Notes: a model not told the origin generated them from the letters alone. A DNA stretch of 48,860 nt from an uncultured Collinsella sp. (GCA_958419975.1 CATZIG010000001.1:1-48860), one strand, 5' to 3'. Counted from the stretch's first letter, positions 10,154-20,030 are shown. Numbers and translations: made by a program.

Positions 10154-10678
10154 ATGAAGAAGACCATCGCAATCGGTTGCGACCATATCGTTACGGACGA
10201 GAAGATCTATCTGGCCGACCGCCTGGAGCAGGCTGGCTACAAGGTGCTCGACTGCGGTACCTACAGCCACACCCGTACGCACTATCCCATCTACGGTAAG
10301 GCCGTGGGCGAGGCTGTTGCCAGCGGCAAGGCCGACTTTGGCGTGGCCCTGTGCGGCACCGGCATCGGCATCACCAACGCCGTCAACAAGGTTCCCGGCG
10401 CCCGCTGCGCCCTGGTTCGCGACATGACCTCTGCCCTGTATGCCCGTCGCGAGCTCAACGCCAACATCGTGGGCTTTGGCGGCAAGATTACCGGCGAGTT
10501 CCTGATGGCCGATATCATGCTTGCCTTCCTGGAGGAGCCCTACGAGAAGACCCCCGAGCACGATGCCCTGATCGCCAAGATCGATGCCTGCAATAAGGCC
10601 GACGCCGAGGCTCAGGCTGACCCGCACTTCTTTGACGAGTTCCTCGAGAAGTGGGACCGCGGCGAATACCATGATTAG
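10154..10678 (+). CDS. lacB: Galactose-6-phosphate isomerase subunit LacB
   Basis: [41 protein letters not shown]. Confidence 0.95.
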   Translation: MKKTIAIGCDHIVTDEKIYLADRLEQAGYKVLDCGTYSHTRTHYPIYGKAVGEAVASGKADFGVALCGTGIGITNAVNKVPGARCALVRDMTSALYARRELNANIVGFGGKITGEFLMADIMLAFLEEPYEKTPEHDALIAKIDACNKADAEAQADPHFFDEFLEKWDRGEYHD

Positions 10679-10797
10679 CGGGTATCCGGCGTAATTAACT
10701 AGTCCGTTGACGGCTCGCGTTTCTGTGAGGGGGCGCGGGCCGGTTTTCTATCAGCCCTATTGACTTGGCGGGCTGTCGTAAGAAAGGGAAGGCTCCT

Positions 10798-11679
10798 ATG
10801 GAGTTTGTTCTTGATAACGGTTCTATTCGCGTAGCACTGAGCACGGCTGGCGGCTCGTTCACCTCAATTGTGGCCGACGGTCGCGAGTATCTGTGGCAGG
10901 GTGACCCGGCGGTCTGGTCGGGCCAGGCACCCATTTGTTTCCCGATCTGCGGCGGCCTTCGTGACGGTCGCGCAATGACCATGGGCGGCCGCGAGGTCAA
11001 GCTTGCCCGTCACGGCTTTGCTCGCAAACAGGAGTGGAAGCTCGAGGAGCAGGGCGACAACATGGTCGCGCTGAGCCTAAGCTCTGCCGACCATGCCGAG
11101 TTGCTCGATCAGTACCCGTATCCGTTTAAGATCGTTGCTCGTTACACGATCGATGCGGAGAAGGTGGCCGTGTCGTACGAGGTGACCAATGAGGGCACCG
11201 AAGACATGCCGTTCTTTGTGGGCGGTCACCCTGGCTTTAAGTGCCCGCTTGACGAGGGCGAGTCCTATGACGACTACGAGCTCCGTTTTGAGCAGCGCGA
11301 GGCCGCCGAGCTCTGTACTGCCGTTCCCTCGACGGGCCTGATTGATGTTGAGCATCGCAGCAAGAACCCGATGGTTGGCCATGACCTGCCGCTGACCCAC
11401 GAACTCTTTGACTTCGCAGAGACCATCTTTGACGTGCTCGAGAGCCGCGTGGTTACGCTGACCAAGAAGACCGAGGACAAGGGCGTGCGCCTGACGTTCC
11501 CCGATATGCCGTACCTGATTGTGTGGAGCAAGCCCGAGGGGGACTTTGTGGCCGTGGAACCGTGGGGCGGCCTGTCCACCTGCTCCGACGAGGACGATAT
11601 TCTGGAGCACAAGCGCGGCTGCCTGGTGGCCAAGCCGGGGGAGACCGTTACCCGCGGCTTTGATATCGAGATCCTTTAA
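10798..11679 (+). CDS. lacX: Aldose 1-epimerase family protein (LacX-like)
   Basis: EYLWQGDPAVWSGQAPICFPICG, RHGFAR, GGHPGF, FVAVEPW. Confidence 0.85.
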   Translation: MEFVLDNGSIRVALSTAGGSFTSIVADGREYLWQGDPAVWSGQAPICFPICGGLRDGRAMTMGGREVKLARHGFARKQEWKLEEQGDNMVALSLSSADHAELLDQYPYPFKIVARYTIDAEKVAVSYEVTNEGTEDMPFFVGGHPGFKCPLDEGESYDDYELRFEQREAAELCTAVPSTGLIDVEHRSKNPMVGHDLPLTHELFDFAETIFDVLESRVVTLTKKTEDKGVRLTFPDMPYLIVWSKPEGDFVAVEPWGGLSTCSDEDDILEHKRGCLVAKPGETVTRGFDIEIL

Positions 11680-11735
11680 CGAGCTATCGTATGTTTGGGG
11701 CCGCGCGTGTCGTGCCCCGGAAACAGGAGTCCAAC

Positions 11736-12671
11736 ATGATTCTGACCGTTACCATGAACCCGTCGATTGATACGCGCTATCAGCTCGACAAGTTGATCAT
11801 CGACGACGTGAACCGTGTGACGCCCGAAAAGACCGCTGGCGGCAAGGGCCTCAACGTGAGCCGTGTGCTGCTGCAGTTGGGCGACGATGTGCTCGCGACC
11901 GGTCTGCTCGGCGGACACATGGGTGCCTATATGGCCGAGCTTATGGATGCCGACGGCGTCAAGAACGACTTTGTGCCCATCGCCGGTGAGACGCGCATTT
12001 GCCTGAATATTCTGCACGAGGGTAATCAGACCGAGCTGCTGGAGAGCGGCCCGCAGATCGCTCCGGCCGAGCTCGAGGCCTTTACGGCCAAGTTTGCCGA
12101 GCTTGCAGCGAAGGCGGACGTTGTGACGCTTTCGGGCTCGCTGCCGCGTGGCGTCGATGCCGGCTATTATGCCGAGCTCGTTAAGATCGCCGAAGAGGCG
12201 GGCGCCAAGGTGCTGCTCGACACTTCGGGTGCATCGCTGGAGGCCGCGCTGGAGTCCGACGCTAAGCCTGAGCTCGTAAAGCCCAACCTGACCGAGATTA
12301 ACGGTCTGCTGGGTACGTCCTTTACGACCGATGATGTCGATGCCCTGCGCGAGGCGCTTGCCGCCGATGACCGCTTTGCCGGTATCCCCTGGGTTGTCGT
12401 TTCGATGGGCGCTGCCGGTTCGGTGGGCTTCCATGAGGGTCGCGCGTTCCGCGCCAAGACGCCCGCGATTGCGGCTGTGAACGCGACGGGTTCCGGTGAC
12501 TCGACCATCGCCGGCTTTGCGCATGCCATTGCGGCTGGTGCCGACGACGTCACGGTGCTCAAGACCGCCAATACCTGCGGCAAGCTCAACGCCATGGATC
12601 CCAAGACCGGCCACCTGGTCATGGACCGCTGGGACGAGATCTACAACAACGTTGAAGTAACGGAGCTTTAG
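11736..12671 (+). CDS. lacC: Tagatose-6-phosphate kinase (PfkB family)
   Basis: MILTVTMNPSID, AGGKGLNVSRVL, KPNLTE, NATGSGDSTIAG. In the lacAB operon. SD AGGAG. Confidence 0.88.
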   Translation: MILTVTMNPSIDTRYQLDKLIIDDVNRVTPEKTAGGKGLNVSRVLLQLGDDVLATGLLGGHMGAYMAELMDADGVKNDFVPIAGETRICLNILHEGNQTELLESGPQIAPAELEAFTAKFAELAAKADVVTLSGSLPRGVDAGYYAELVKIAEEAGAKVLLDTSGASLEAALESDAKPELVKPNLTEINGLLGTSFTTDDVDALREALAADDRFAGIPWVVVSMGAAGSVGFHEGRAFRAKTPAIAAVNATGSGDSTIAGFAHAIAAGADDVTVLKTANTCGKLNAMDPKTGHLVMDRWDEIYNNVEVTEL

Positions 12672-12685
12672 GGTTACGGCGTCGA

Positions 12686-12916
12686 GTTACGGCGTTTTAC
12701 CAAACGCCGTAACCTGCCGACGCTGCGCGGGCCGCATTTGGACAATCTGACGTTCAACTTCAAGGGCGCGACCAGAAGGTCAGCGCCCTTTCGTTTCACG
12801 TCACCTTGTCTCAAATGCGGCCCGCTCGCTGTCCGTCCTCTACCTGCGGCGTTGTCTTGCTCCGGATGCGGCAGATAGGGACGTTCCTTTTTTGCCGGCA
12901 GTTTGGGACATTCCTT
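12686..12916. repeat. Composite intergenic element: long bulged hairpin plus a 39-bp GGGAC repeat
   Basis: 12686-12797 recurs nearly identically, inverted, at 27293-27402. 12878-12916 recurs at 14389-14427 (direct) and 27241-27279 (inverted). Confidence 0.85.
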
Positions 12917-12939
12917 ACGGGGCACCCCCTCCACAGCGC

Positions 12940-14241
12940 CTATGCCAGCTTGTCGATTTGCCCAATCTCCCAGAGCGGAATGTTGACGAGCGTGCCTTCG
13001 TCTCTATATGCCGCTAACGATGTTCTCACGCAACGCTCGAGCTTGAACTTCTCGCAGGCAATCCTCAGGCTCTTTGCTTTGAGATTCTCTGCCGCCTTTA
13101 CCTCGAGCGGAAGCACGGTCCCCGCATGGTCGATGGCAAAGTCAGTCTCTGCATTGCCGGAGGAGGATGACCAATACGCGGGAGTTTTGTCTTGGAGCAA
13201 AAGCTCCTGTGCGACGTATTGCTCGGTCAGCGAGCCTTTGAACTCCGTAAAAACAGCGGGCCCGTTCAGAACAATGGCTGGCGTGAGGCCGGAGAGTGCT
13301 CCGAGGATGCCGGTGTCGATGCAGAACAGCTTGAAGCCCGAGAGATCCTCGTAGCTTGTGAGCGGTGCTCTTAGGGCGGAAACACGTGGTACCTTATGAA
13401 CGATTCCATAGTCCATGAGCCACTGGAGGCTTTCCTCAAAATCGCGTGCGCGCGCCCCGGGACGGAGTGCACCGTAGACGAACTTCTTGTTTTCCTTTGC
13501 GAGCTGGCCGGGAAGGGATTTCCAAACCAGCCTCATGCGCTCGACGATGCGGGCTGGCGCATGCTTGCCAAAATCGGATTCGTAAGCTTCGATGATTTGC
13601 TGCTGAAGCCTGCGGGCCTCGATGAAATCGTGGGAGGCGGCGAAAGCGGAGACAACTTCTGGCATGCCACCGACAACGAGGTATTCCTTGAGCAGGCGCT
13701 CGAGCTTTTCGGAAACGTTTGTCAGCAGGTCCATGTCTGCGGCAAGGATGGCATCTGCGAGCGGATCGCCATCGACGGCACGAACGAACTCGACAAACCC
13801 CATGGGGCGCATGGTGAGCTGGTCGATCTTGCCGACGGGGAACGACTCGTTTTCGCGTCGGAGCGCGAGCCCCATATAGGAGCCGGCTGCCACGATATGG
13901 TATTCCGGCGCCAGCTCGTTGAAGTATTTGAGCGAGGTGATGCCACGCGGTGCCTCTTGGATTTCGTCGAAGATGATGAGCGTGTCTGTCGGCGTTATGG
14001 TCTGGCCGCGCAGGAGCTCTATCTGGGAGATGATGCGTTTGGGGTCAAGGCTTCCGTCGAACAGCGAACGTGCGCCCGGTTCGAGCATAAAGTCAAAGCG
14101 GATGACGTTTTGATACTGCTGGCCTGCGAATTCGTTAAGAAGCCAGGTTTTTCCCGTCTGGCGGGCCCCCTTAAGCAGGAGGGGCTTGCGGTTTGCCCTA
14201 GATTTCCAAGCGATGAGTTCGTCCATTAGCTGTCGCTGCAT
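12940..14241 (-). CDS. AAA+ ATPase (AAA_14-like) with DUF4143-like C-terminal region
   Basis: Walker A GARQTGKT, Walker B IIFDEIQ, GGMPE, KLFCIDTG and C-terminal ETDF...LEVK (PD-(D/E)xK-like). SD AGGAGG. Confidence 0.9.
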   Translation of the reverse strand: MQRQLMDELIAWKSRANRKPLLLKGARQTGKTWLLNEFAGQQYQNVIRFDFMLEPGARSLFDGSLDPKRIISQIELLRGQTITPTDTLIIFDEIQEAPRGITSLKYFNELAPEYHIVAAGSYMGLALRRENESFPVGKIDQLTMRPMGFVEFVRAVDGDPLADAILAADMDLLTNVSEKLERLLKEYLVVGGMPEVVSAFAASHDFIEARRLQQQIIEAYESDFGKHAPARIVERMRLVWKSLPGQLAKENKKFVYGALRPGARARDFEESLQWLMDYGIVHKVPRVSALRAPLTSYEDLSGFKLFCIDTGILGALSGLTPAIVLNGPAVFTEFKGSLTEQYVAQELLLQDKTPAYWSSSSGNAETDFAIDHAGTVLPLEVKAAENLKAKSLRIACEKFKLERCVRTSLAAYRDEGTLVNIPLWEIGQIDKLA

Positions 14242-14284
14242 ACTGCCTCCTAACGATCATGGTTAGTATAAGACCGTTTCGGTC

Positions 14285-14370
14285 TTTCCATCGAAAAATG
14301 TGGGAGTAAACCACGTTTTTCCATCGAATAATGTGTGAGGCAACCACGTTTTTCCATCGAATAATGTGGG
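14285..14370. repeat. 33-bp tandem repeat, ~2.6 copies, upstream of the ATPase
   Basis: TTTCCATCGAA(A/T)AATGTG at 14285, 14318 and 14351. Confidence 0.9.
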
Positions 14371-14459
14371 TGTTTAGGTCGGCACCTGGGGACGTTCCTT
14401 CTCTGCCGGCAGTTTGGAACACTCCTTGTTTTGGTGCAAATTAGCTACCCTTGCATCAG

Positions 14460-14499
14460 AAAACGGCGCCCGTCGGCGATGTTGCCGGCGGGCGCCGTG
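14460..14499 (-). terminator. Intrinsic terminator of galKT
   Basis: AAAA-CGGCGCCCGTCGGC...GCCGGCGGGCGCCGT on +, giving a hairpin then U-tract on -. Confidence 0.7.
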
Positions 14500-14545
14500 G
14501 TCGTGTAGGCGCTATTTGTTAAGTGCGTGCGTTCGAGCTCGCGTG

Positions 14546-16174
14546 CTACAGCGAGTCGATAAAGCGCTGCTGGGCGGCGCGGCCGGCTTCGTCCCACTTA
14601 AAGACGCCGGCGTTGTCGAGCACGTGGCCAAACACCACGCCGACCTCCTCGTGCAGGATATCGATGGCGTTGTCGGCCGTAAGCTCGTCGGCGCGGCGGG
14701 CAAAAACGTCCTCGGCCCATGCGGCGTGGCTGCGGCAAAGGTCGTCGCCCTCGAGTGCGCTGGCAAGATCGTAGCTGGCATCGACCTTGGCTGCCAGCAG
14801 GTGTTCGCGGACAGCGCCAAGCTCGGGAACCAGGCGTGGCGGCAAAATGGCCAGACCCATGACCTCGATCAGACCGATGTTCTCTTTCTTGATGTGGTGG
14901 TACTCGGCATGCGGGTGGAACACGCCCAGCGGATGCTCGTCGGTCGTGATGTTGCAGCGAAGCGCCAGGTAGGCCTCGTAGATTTCGCCGCCGGCATTGC
15001 CGCGGGAGTCGACGCGGCGGATGACGGGCGTCACGGTGTTGTGCGCCACGCCGTCGGCTGTGTGCGCGATGACGCCCACCGACTCATCGGTCCACTCGCG
15101 CCAGGCGAGGATAATCTTCTCGGCGGCGTCGAGCAGCTGGGCGCGGTCGTGCGAGCGCAGCCGCAGCACCGAAAGCGGCCACTGCAACACGGTACCGCTG
15201 ACCTGGTCAAAGCCGGGCACGTTAAACTGCGAGACTTCGGTGGCATGCATCATGGGGAACTCGTGCGCGCCGCCCTGGAAGTGGTCGTGCGACAAGATCG
15301 AGCCGCCCACGATGGGCAGGTCGGCGTTGGAGCCAATAAAGTAGTGCGGGAACAGGTCGACAAAGTCGAGCAGGCAGGTCAGCCCCTTGCGGTCGACGTG
15401 CATCGGACGATGCTCGGAGCTCATGGCAATGCAGTGCTCGTTAAAGTACGCGTACGGGCTGTATTGGAAGCCCCAGCGCTCGCCGTCGAGCTTAATGGGG
15501 ATAACGCGCAGATTCTGGCGGGCGGGATGGGCGCCGCCGTCGGCTGCAGCGGAGCGTCCGGGATAGCCCTCGTTTTCGATGCAGAGCTGGCAGGCGGGAT
15601 ACTTCTCGCCCGTGTTTTTGGCGGCGCCGGCCGCGGCAATATCGCGCGGGTCCTTTTCGGGCTTTGACAGGTTGATGGTAATCTCGAGGTCGCCCCAGTT
15701 GGTGGGGGTGCTCCATTTGATGTTGCGCGCGATGGCGGCACGGCGCACGTAGCCGGCGTCGCAGCACAGGCCGTAGAACCAGTCGGTCGCGGCGCGGGGC
15801 TCGTTGACGCCCATGCGTCCGTTGAACTCCTCGTTTACAACCGAAGGCCTTGGCATGAGCGCGCCCATGATGCGCATGGCGATGCGGTCGCGGCCCGATG
15901 CCGTGTCCTCGGCGGCGCCGTTGGCAACAGCCGCCTCGGCAAGCGCGGCAAGTGTGCCTTCAAGGTCAAAGTTGGGCAGGGTGTCGGGGTGCAAGAGCGA
16001 GAGTTTCTCGACCTGGAGCGCCCAGGCCATGTCGAGCGCCGGGCCCGTAGCACCGATGAACTCGAGAATGGTGTTATACGCCCAGATGCGATCGTCCTGG
16101 CCGATCATCGATCGGTGGATAGCGTACTCGATCAGGTTCTGCGCGGCCCCGCGCACGTCAGTCATTACAGCCAT
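14546..16174 (-). CDS. galT: Galactose-1-phosphate uridylyltransferase (type 2, Gram-positive type)
   Basis: EITINLSKPEKDP, YPACQLC, QYSPYAYFNEH, GSNADLPIVGGSILSHDHFQGG, HHIKKENIGLIEVMGLA. Start could be 16165. Confidence 0.93.
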   Translation of the reverse strand: MAVMTDVRGAAQNLIEYAIHRSMIGQDDRIWAYNTILEFIGATGPALDMAWALQVEKLSLLHPDTLPNFDLEGTLAALAEAAVANGAAEDTASGRDRIAMRIMGALMPRPSVVNEEFNGRMGVNEPRAATDWFYGLCCDAGYVRRAAIARNIKWSTPTNWGDLEITINLSKPEKDPRDIAAAGAAKNTGEKYPACQLCIENEGYPGRSAAADGGAHPARQNLRVIPIKLDGERWGFQYSPYAYFNEHCIAMSSEHRPMHVDRKGLTCLLDFVDLFPHYFIGSNADLPIVGGSILSHDHFQGGAHEFPMMHATEVSQFNVPGFDQVSGTVLQWPLSVLRLRSHDRAQLLDAAEKIILAWREWTDESVGVIAHTADGVAHNTVTPVIRRVDSRGNAGGEIYEAYLALRCNITTDEHPLGVFHPHAEYHHIKKENIGLIEVMGLAILPPRLVPELGAVREHLLAAKVDASYDLASALEGDDLCRSHAAWAEDVFARRADELTADNAIDILHEEVGVVFGHVLDNAGVFKWDEAGRAAQQRFIDSL

Positions 16175-17370
16175 GCCGCGTAAGCCCCCTTGTCAGAAAT
16201 TGCGTAGTGGCGGGCAGAGCCCTCGCCCAGCCAGCCGTTCATCTTGGTGATGAAGGTGTCGACCAGGTCGAGTGGCACGAAGGCCTGGATGGTACCACCA
16301 AAGCCGCCACCGTGGATACGGACGGCGCCTCGGCCGTCGAGCACGTGCTCGGCCAGCGCCAGGGCATACATCGAGGGCTGCTCGGAGCCCAGCTTGGCAA
16401 CGACATTCTGCAGGTACATGGCAGAGCTGGCGCCGGACTCGCGCGTCAGGACCAGGAACTGATCGATGTCGCCGGCGTTCAGGGCCGCCCAGCGCTTATC
16501 GACCAGGCCATTCTCGTACCAGTAGTGAACGGCGCGCAGGCAGGCACGGTCGCCCAGTTTGGCACGCAGCTCGGGGAGCTTGGCGTCAAAATCGGCAACA
16601 TCGACCTCGCACAGGCGTGCCTTGCCAAACTCGGCGGCGACGTCTTGCATCTCGCGCGGAACGGCAGCGTAATCGTCGGTGGCGGCCACGTGGTCGGCAC
16701 CAACCTTAACGAGCACGAGCGCATAGCCGTGATCCTCAAAGTTGAGTTCGAGTTTCTGGGTTTTAGGCTGAGCCTGGTCCTCAAAGTCCATGTAGGCAAG
16801 GCCGCCCAGGCACACAGCGGCCTGGTCCATCAGACCGCAGGGCTTGCCATAGTAGTTGTTCTCGGTGCGCTGGCTCATCTGGGCGAGCGCGACGGGCTCG
16901 ATGGCGGGTGCGCCCCAGAGCGTCTCCATGGCGCGACCGTATGCCGCCTCGACAGCAGCAGAGCTCGAAAGGCCGCCGCCCGAGGGGACAGAGCAGGTGA
17001 AGGCGAAGTCGAAGCCCTGGGGCTCAACGCCAAGCGCTGCGACCTCGTGGGCCATACCGCGCACGAGGCTTGCGGACGTGCCCTTCTCGGACTCCTGAAC
17101 GTCTAGCGTGTCGAGCGCGATCTCAAACGTGGGATAGCCCTCGTCGGCGACGCGGACCTTGTTGGAGTCGGTTGCCACGGCGATGCCGTCGACAGCGACA
17201 TCGAGCGAGCCGGCGATGACGTGGCCGCCCTCGTGGTCGGTGTGGTTGCCACTGATCTCGGAGCGGCCGGGCGCGTGCACATAGAGCACCTGGCGATCGC
17301 CGATGGGCCCAAACTCCTCCTCAAACAGCTTGGTGAGCGTGGCGAGTGTCTTTTCGTCGGGGGTGGTCAT
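16165..17370 (-). CDS. galK: Galactokinase (GHMP family)
   Basis: APGRSEISGNHTDH, VPSGGGLSSSAA, KPCGLMDQ, HGGGFGGT. ATG 17370 follows GAAAGGA. Confidence 0.92.
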   Translation of the reverse strand: MTTPDEKTLATLTKLFEEEFGPIGDRQVLYVHAPGRSEISGNHTDHEGGHVIAGSLDVAVDGIAVATDSNKVRVADEGYPTFEIALDTLDVQESEKGTSASLVRGMAHEVAALGVEPQGFDFAFTCSVPSGGGLSSSAAVEAAYGRAMETLWGAPAIEPVALAQMSQRTENNYYGKPCGLMDQAAVCLGGLAYMDFEDQAQPKTQKLELNFEDHGYALVLVKVGADHVAATDDYAAVPREMQDVAAEFGKARLCEVDVADFDAKLPELRAKLGDRACLRAVHYWYENGLVDKRWAALNAGDIDQFLVLTRESGASSAMYLQNVVAKLGSEQPSMYALALAEHVLDGRGAVRIHGGGFGGTIQAFVPLDLVDTFITKMNGWLGEGSARHYAISDKGAYAAWL

Positions 17371-17413
17371 CGGAGTCCTTTCCTTGGCGCGTACGGGTAA
17401 GTTTTGCGCCGTT

Positions 17414-17616
17414 ATGAGTACGTTAACAACTTGAAGCGGCATGAACCAAGTGTTCACGATGCCGCACGTTACGGGCTATGTTAACGTACTCATAACACAA
17501 CTCTTGTCACTTTTTGAGAATCTGGTAATCGGTAGAAATTCAGCCGTGAACGGTATTGCCGTATGGACTTATAAAGCAGAAGAGATGCGGATTGAAAAAG
17601 TAGAGTACGTTAACAT
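17414..17616. promoter_or_regulatory. Three LacI-type operators GAGTACGTTAACA at 17414-17429, 17478-17493 (reverse) and 17601-17616
   Basis: Three near-identical copies between the divergent galK and LacI genes. Confidence 0.75.
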
Positions 17617-17708
17617 GCGTCCGACGATAGCGGGCCTCGGCGCGGGCTAAACTCCTGCCCGGGCCGGCATTCACGCTATTCAGATCTCGCAAGGGTGAAG
17701 GTGATTCT

Positions 17709-18740
17709 GTGGCAAGGCGCCCGTCCAACGATACAGGTACGCGTCCGGTCTCCATGGCCGACGTCGCCCGCGCTGCTGGCGTTTCGCAGCAGACGGTTTC
17801 GCGCGTCGCCAACGGCTTGCCCAACGTTAACGAGCAGACGCGCCAGCGCGTGCAGTCCGCTATGCAAGAGCTCGGCTTTCGTCCGAGTTATGCCGGTCGC
17901 TCGCTGCGCGACGGTCGATACCATTCGGTTGGCCTATGCGTCAACGATGTCACCAAGTTTGGCAACCTCTCAATGATCGACGGCATCGCCAGCGCTGCTC
18001 GCGAGCATAATTGTGCCATCACGCTGGTCGAGATGTCCAAGACCGAGGAGTTTTCGCTTGCCGAGGCCACGCGTCGTATGGCCGCATTGCCGGTGGACGG
18101 CATCATCATCGGCATGAGCCGCATGGCGCCCGATTTTGAGACGTTTGATCCACTGCCGGGCATTGGCACGGTTATCGTCACCATGTACGCGCACCCGCGG
18201 GTGACCACGGTCGACTCCGATCATTACGGCTGCTCGCTCTTGCTTATGGATCACCTGTTTGAGCTGGGGCACGAGCAGATTCGCTATATTGGCGGCCCGT
18301 CGTTCTCGGTCGACGAACAATTTCGTCGCGCCGGTTGGCAGGATGCACTCGAGCGTAAACACATCGAGCTGGCAGAGCCGCTCGAGGGCGACTGGTCTGC
18401 CAACAGCGGCTACGAGGCCGGCAGGCACCTGGCCGAGCACGATCACACCATGACGGCGATTTACGCGGCAAACGACCAGATGGCAAACGGCGCAATTGCG
18501 GCGCTGCGCGATAGCGGCCTGCGTGTGCCCGAGGACGTGAGCGTGGTGGGCGTCGACGATTCGCTCGATGATTTTGTGGCACACAACGAGCTCACGACCG
18601 TGCGATTCGATCTACATCAGCGCGGACGCGAGGTGTTTGAGCATGCGGTTCCCGAGGCGGGTACGGCGGGCAAAACCGTTGCCATCCGTATTCCCGGCCA
18701 GCTCATTATTCGACATAGCACGGCGATACTGCGCGCATAG
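17709..18740 (+). CDS. LacI-family regulator, probable galKT repressor
   Basis: MADVARAAGVSQQTVSRVAN HTH. Divergent from galK. Confidence 0.92.
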   Translation: MARRPSNDTGTRPVSMADVARAAGVSQQTVSRVANGLPNVNEQTRQRVQSAMQELGFRPSYAGRSLRDGRYHSVGLCVNDVTKFGNLSMIDGIASAAREHNCAITLVEMSKTEEFSLAEATRRMAALPVDGIIIGMSRMAPDFETFDPLPGIGTVIVTMYAHPRVTTVDSDHYGCSLLLMDHLFELGHEQIRYIGGPSFSVDEQFRRAGWQDALERKHIELAEPLEGDWSANSGYEAGRHLAEHDHTMTAIYAANDQMANGAIAALRDSGLRVPEDVSVVGVDDSLDDFVAHNELTTVRFDLHQRGREVFEHAVPEAGTAGKTVAIRIPGQLIIRHSTAILRA

Positions 18741-18869
18741 TTTGTGCAGGTCAACGGCAGTATATTCCGCCTCAATTACAATCGGTAAGGATGCTGACGG
18801 ATAGCCGTGGCTATGAAGGCGAGTGTTATGATAGACGGGTTCTTTTGTCTATCTAGGAGGCTTTGCCTG

Positions 18870-20030
18870 ATGGAGATCACCAAGGATATCCGCTACATCG
18901 GTGCCGACGATCACGACATTGACCTGTTCGAGGGCCAGTACGATGTGTCCGAGAACGGTATGGCATACAACAGCTACGTTATCTTGGGCGAAAAGATCGC
19001 TGTCGCCGATTCAGTCGACGGCGGTTTTGTTGACGAGTGGCTCGGCAACCTCGAGGCCGTGCTCGATGGCCGTACGCCTGACTACCTGATCGTCCATCAC
19101 ATGGAGCCCGATCACTCCGCCGGTATCGCCGCCTTTATGGAGCGCTATCCCCAGGCGCAGATCGTGGCCAGCATGGGTGCTTTCCGCATGATGGTCAACT
19201 ACTTTGGCACCGACTTCCCCGAGCGCAAAATGGTCGTCAAAGAGGGCGATGTGCTCGATCTGGGCGGCCACAGCCTGACCTTTATCGGCGCCCCCAACGT
19301 TCACTGGCCCGAGGTGATTTTCTCCTACGAGTCCACCGACAAGGTGCTCTTTAGTGCCGACGGCTTTGGCAAGTTTGGCGCCAACGACATCGAGGATCCC
19401 GAGGGCTGGGCTTGCGAGGCTCGCCGCTACTACTTTGGCATCGTCGGTAAGTTCGGCAAGTTCGTGCAGGCCGTTCTCAAGAAGGCCGCCGACCTGGACA
19501 TTCAGATCATCTGCCCGCTCCACGGCCCCGTGCTGACCGAGAACCTGGGCTACTACCTCGACACCTATAACACCTGGTCGAGCTATCAGCCCGAGGACGA
19601 GGGCATCACGATCGCCTATGCGAGCGTGTATGGCCATCTGAAGGCTGCCGTCGAGGAGCTCGCATCTGCGCTCGAGGCTCGCGGCCAGAAGGTCTCCGTC
19701 TTTGACCTGGCTCGCGACGACATGGCCGAGGCCGTTGAGGATGCGTTCCGCTACGACCGTCTGGTACTCGCCTCCATTACCTATCAGGGCGAGATCTTCC
19801 CGTGCATGAGCACCTTTATCCACACGCTCGCCGAGCATGCCTACCAGAACCGCACCGTGGCGCTTGTCGAGTCCGGTTCCTGGGCGCCCGCAGCTGCCAA
19901 GGTTATGACCAAGGAGCTCGAGGGCATGAAGGACATCACCCTGACGCAGAACAAGGTGACTGTGCTGGGCTCGCTCAACGACGCCTCGCGCGCCCAGATC
20001 GAGGCCCTCGCCGACGAGCTGTCCAAGTAG
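18870..20030 (+). CDS. FprA-family flavodiiron protein (MBL plus flavodoxin domains)
   Basis: YNSY, HHMEPDHS, HWPE, FSADGFG, CPLHG and flavodoxin YASVYG. SD AGGAGG. Confidence 0.92.
   Translation: MEITKDIRYIGADDHDIDLFEGQYDVSENGMAYNSYVILGEKIAVADSVDGGFVDEWLGNLEAVLDGRTPDYLIVHHMEPDHSAGIAAFMERYPQAQIVASMGAFRMMVNYFGTDFPERKMVVKEGDVLDLGGHSLTFIGAPNVHWPEVIFSYESTDKVLFSADGFGKFGANDIEDPEGWACEARRYYFGIVGKFGKFVQAVLKKAADLDIQIICPLHGPVLTENLGYYLDTYNTWSSYQPEDEGITIAYASVYGHLKAAVEELASALEARGQKVSVFDLARDDMAEAVEDAFRYDRLVLASITYQGEIFPCMSTFIHTLAEHAYQNRTVALVESGSWAPAAAKVMTKELEGMKDITLTQNKVTVLGSLNDASRAQIEALADELSK

Noticed and set aside
14285..14370. Mini CRISPR array
   Set aside because: The intervening 15-bp segments are nearly identical to each other rather than unique spacers, and there are no cas genes.
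14198..14422. 74-aa ORF with HIIRWKNVV repeats
   Set aside because: By-product of the 33-bp repeat. It overlaps the ATPase promoter and start, and begins inside a dispersed repeat.
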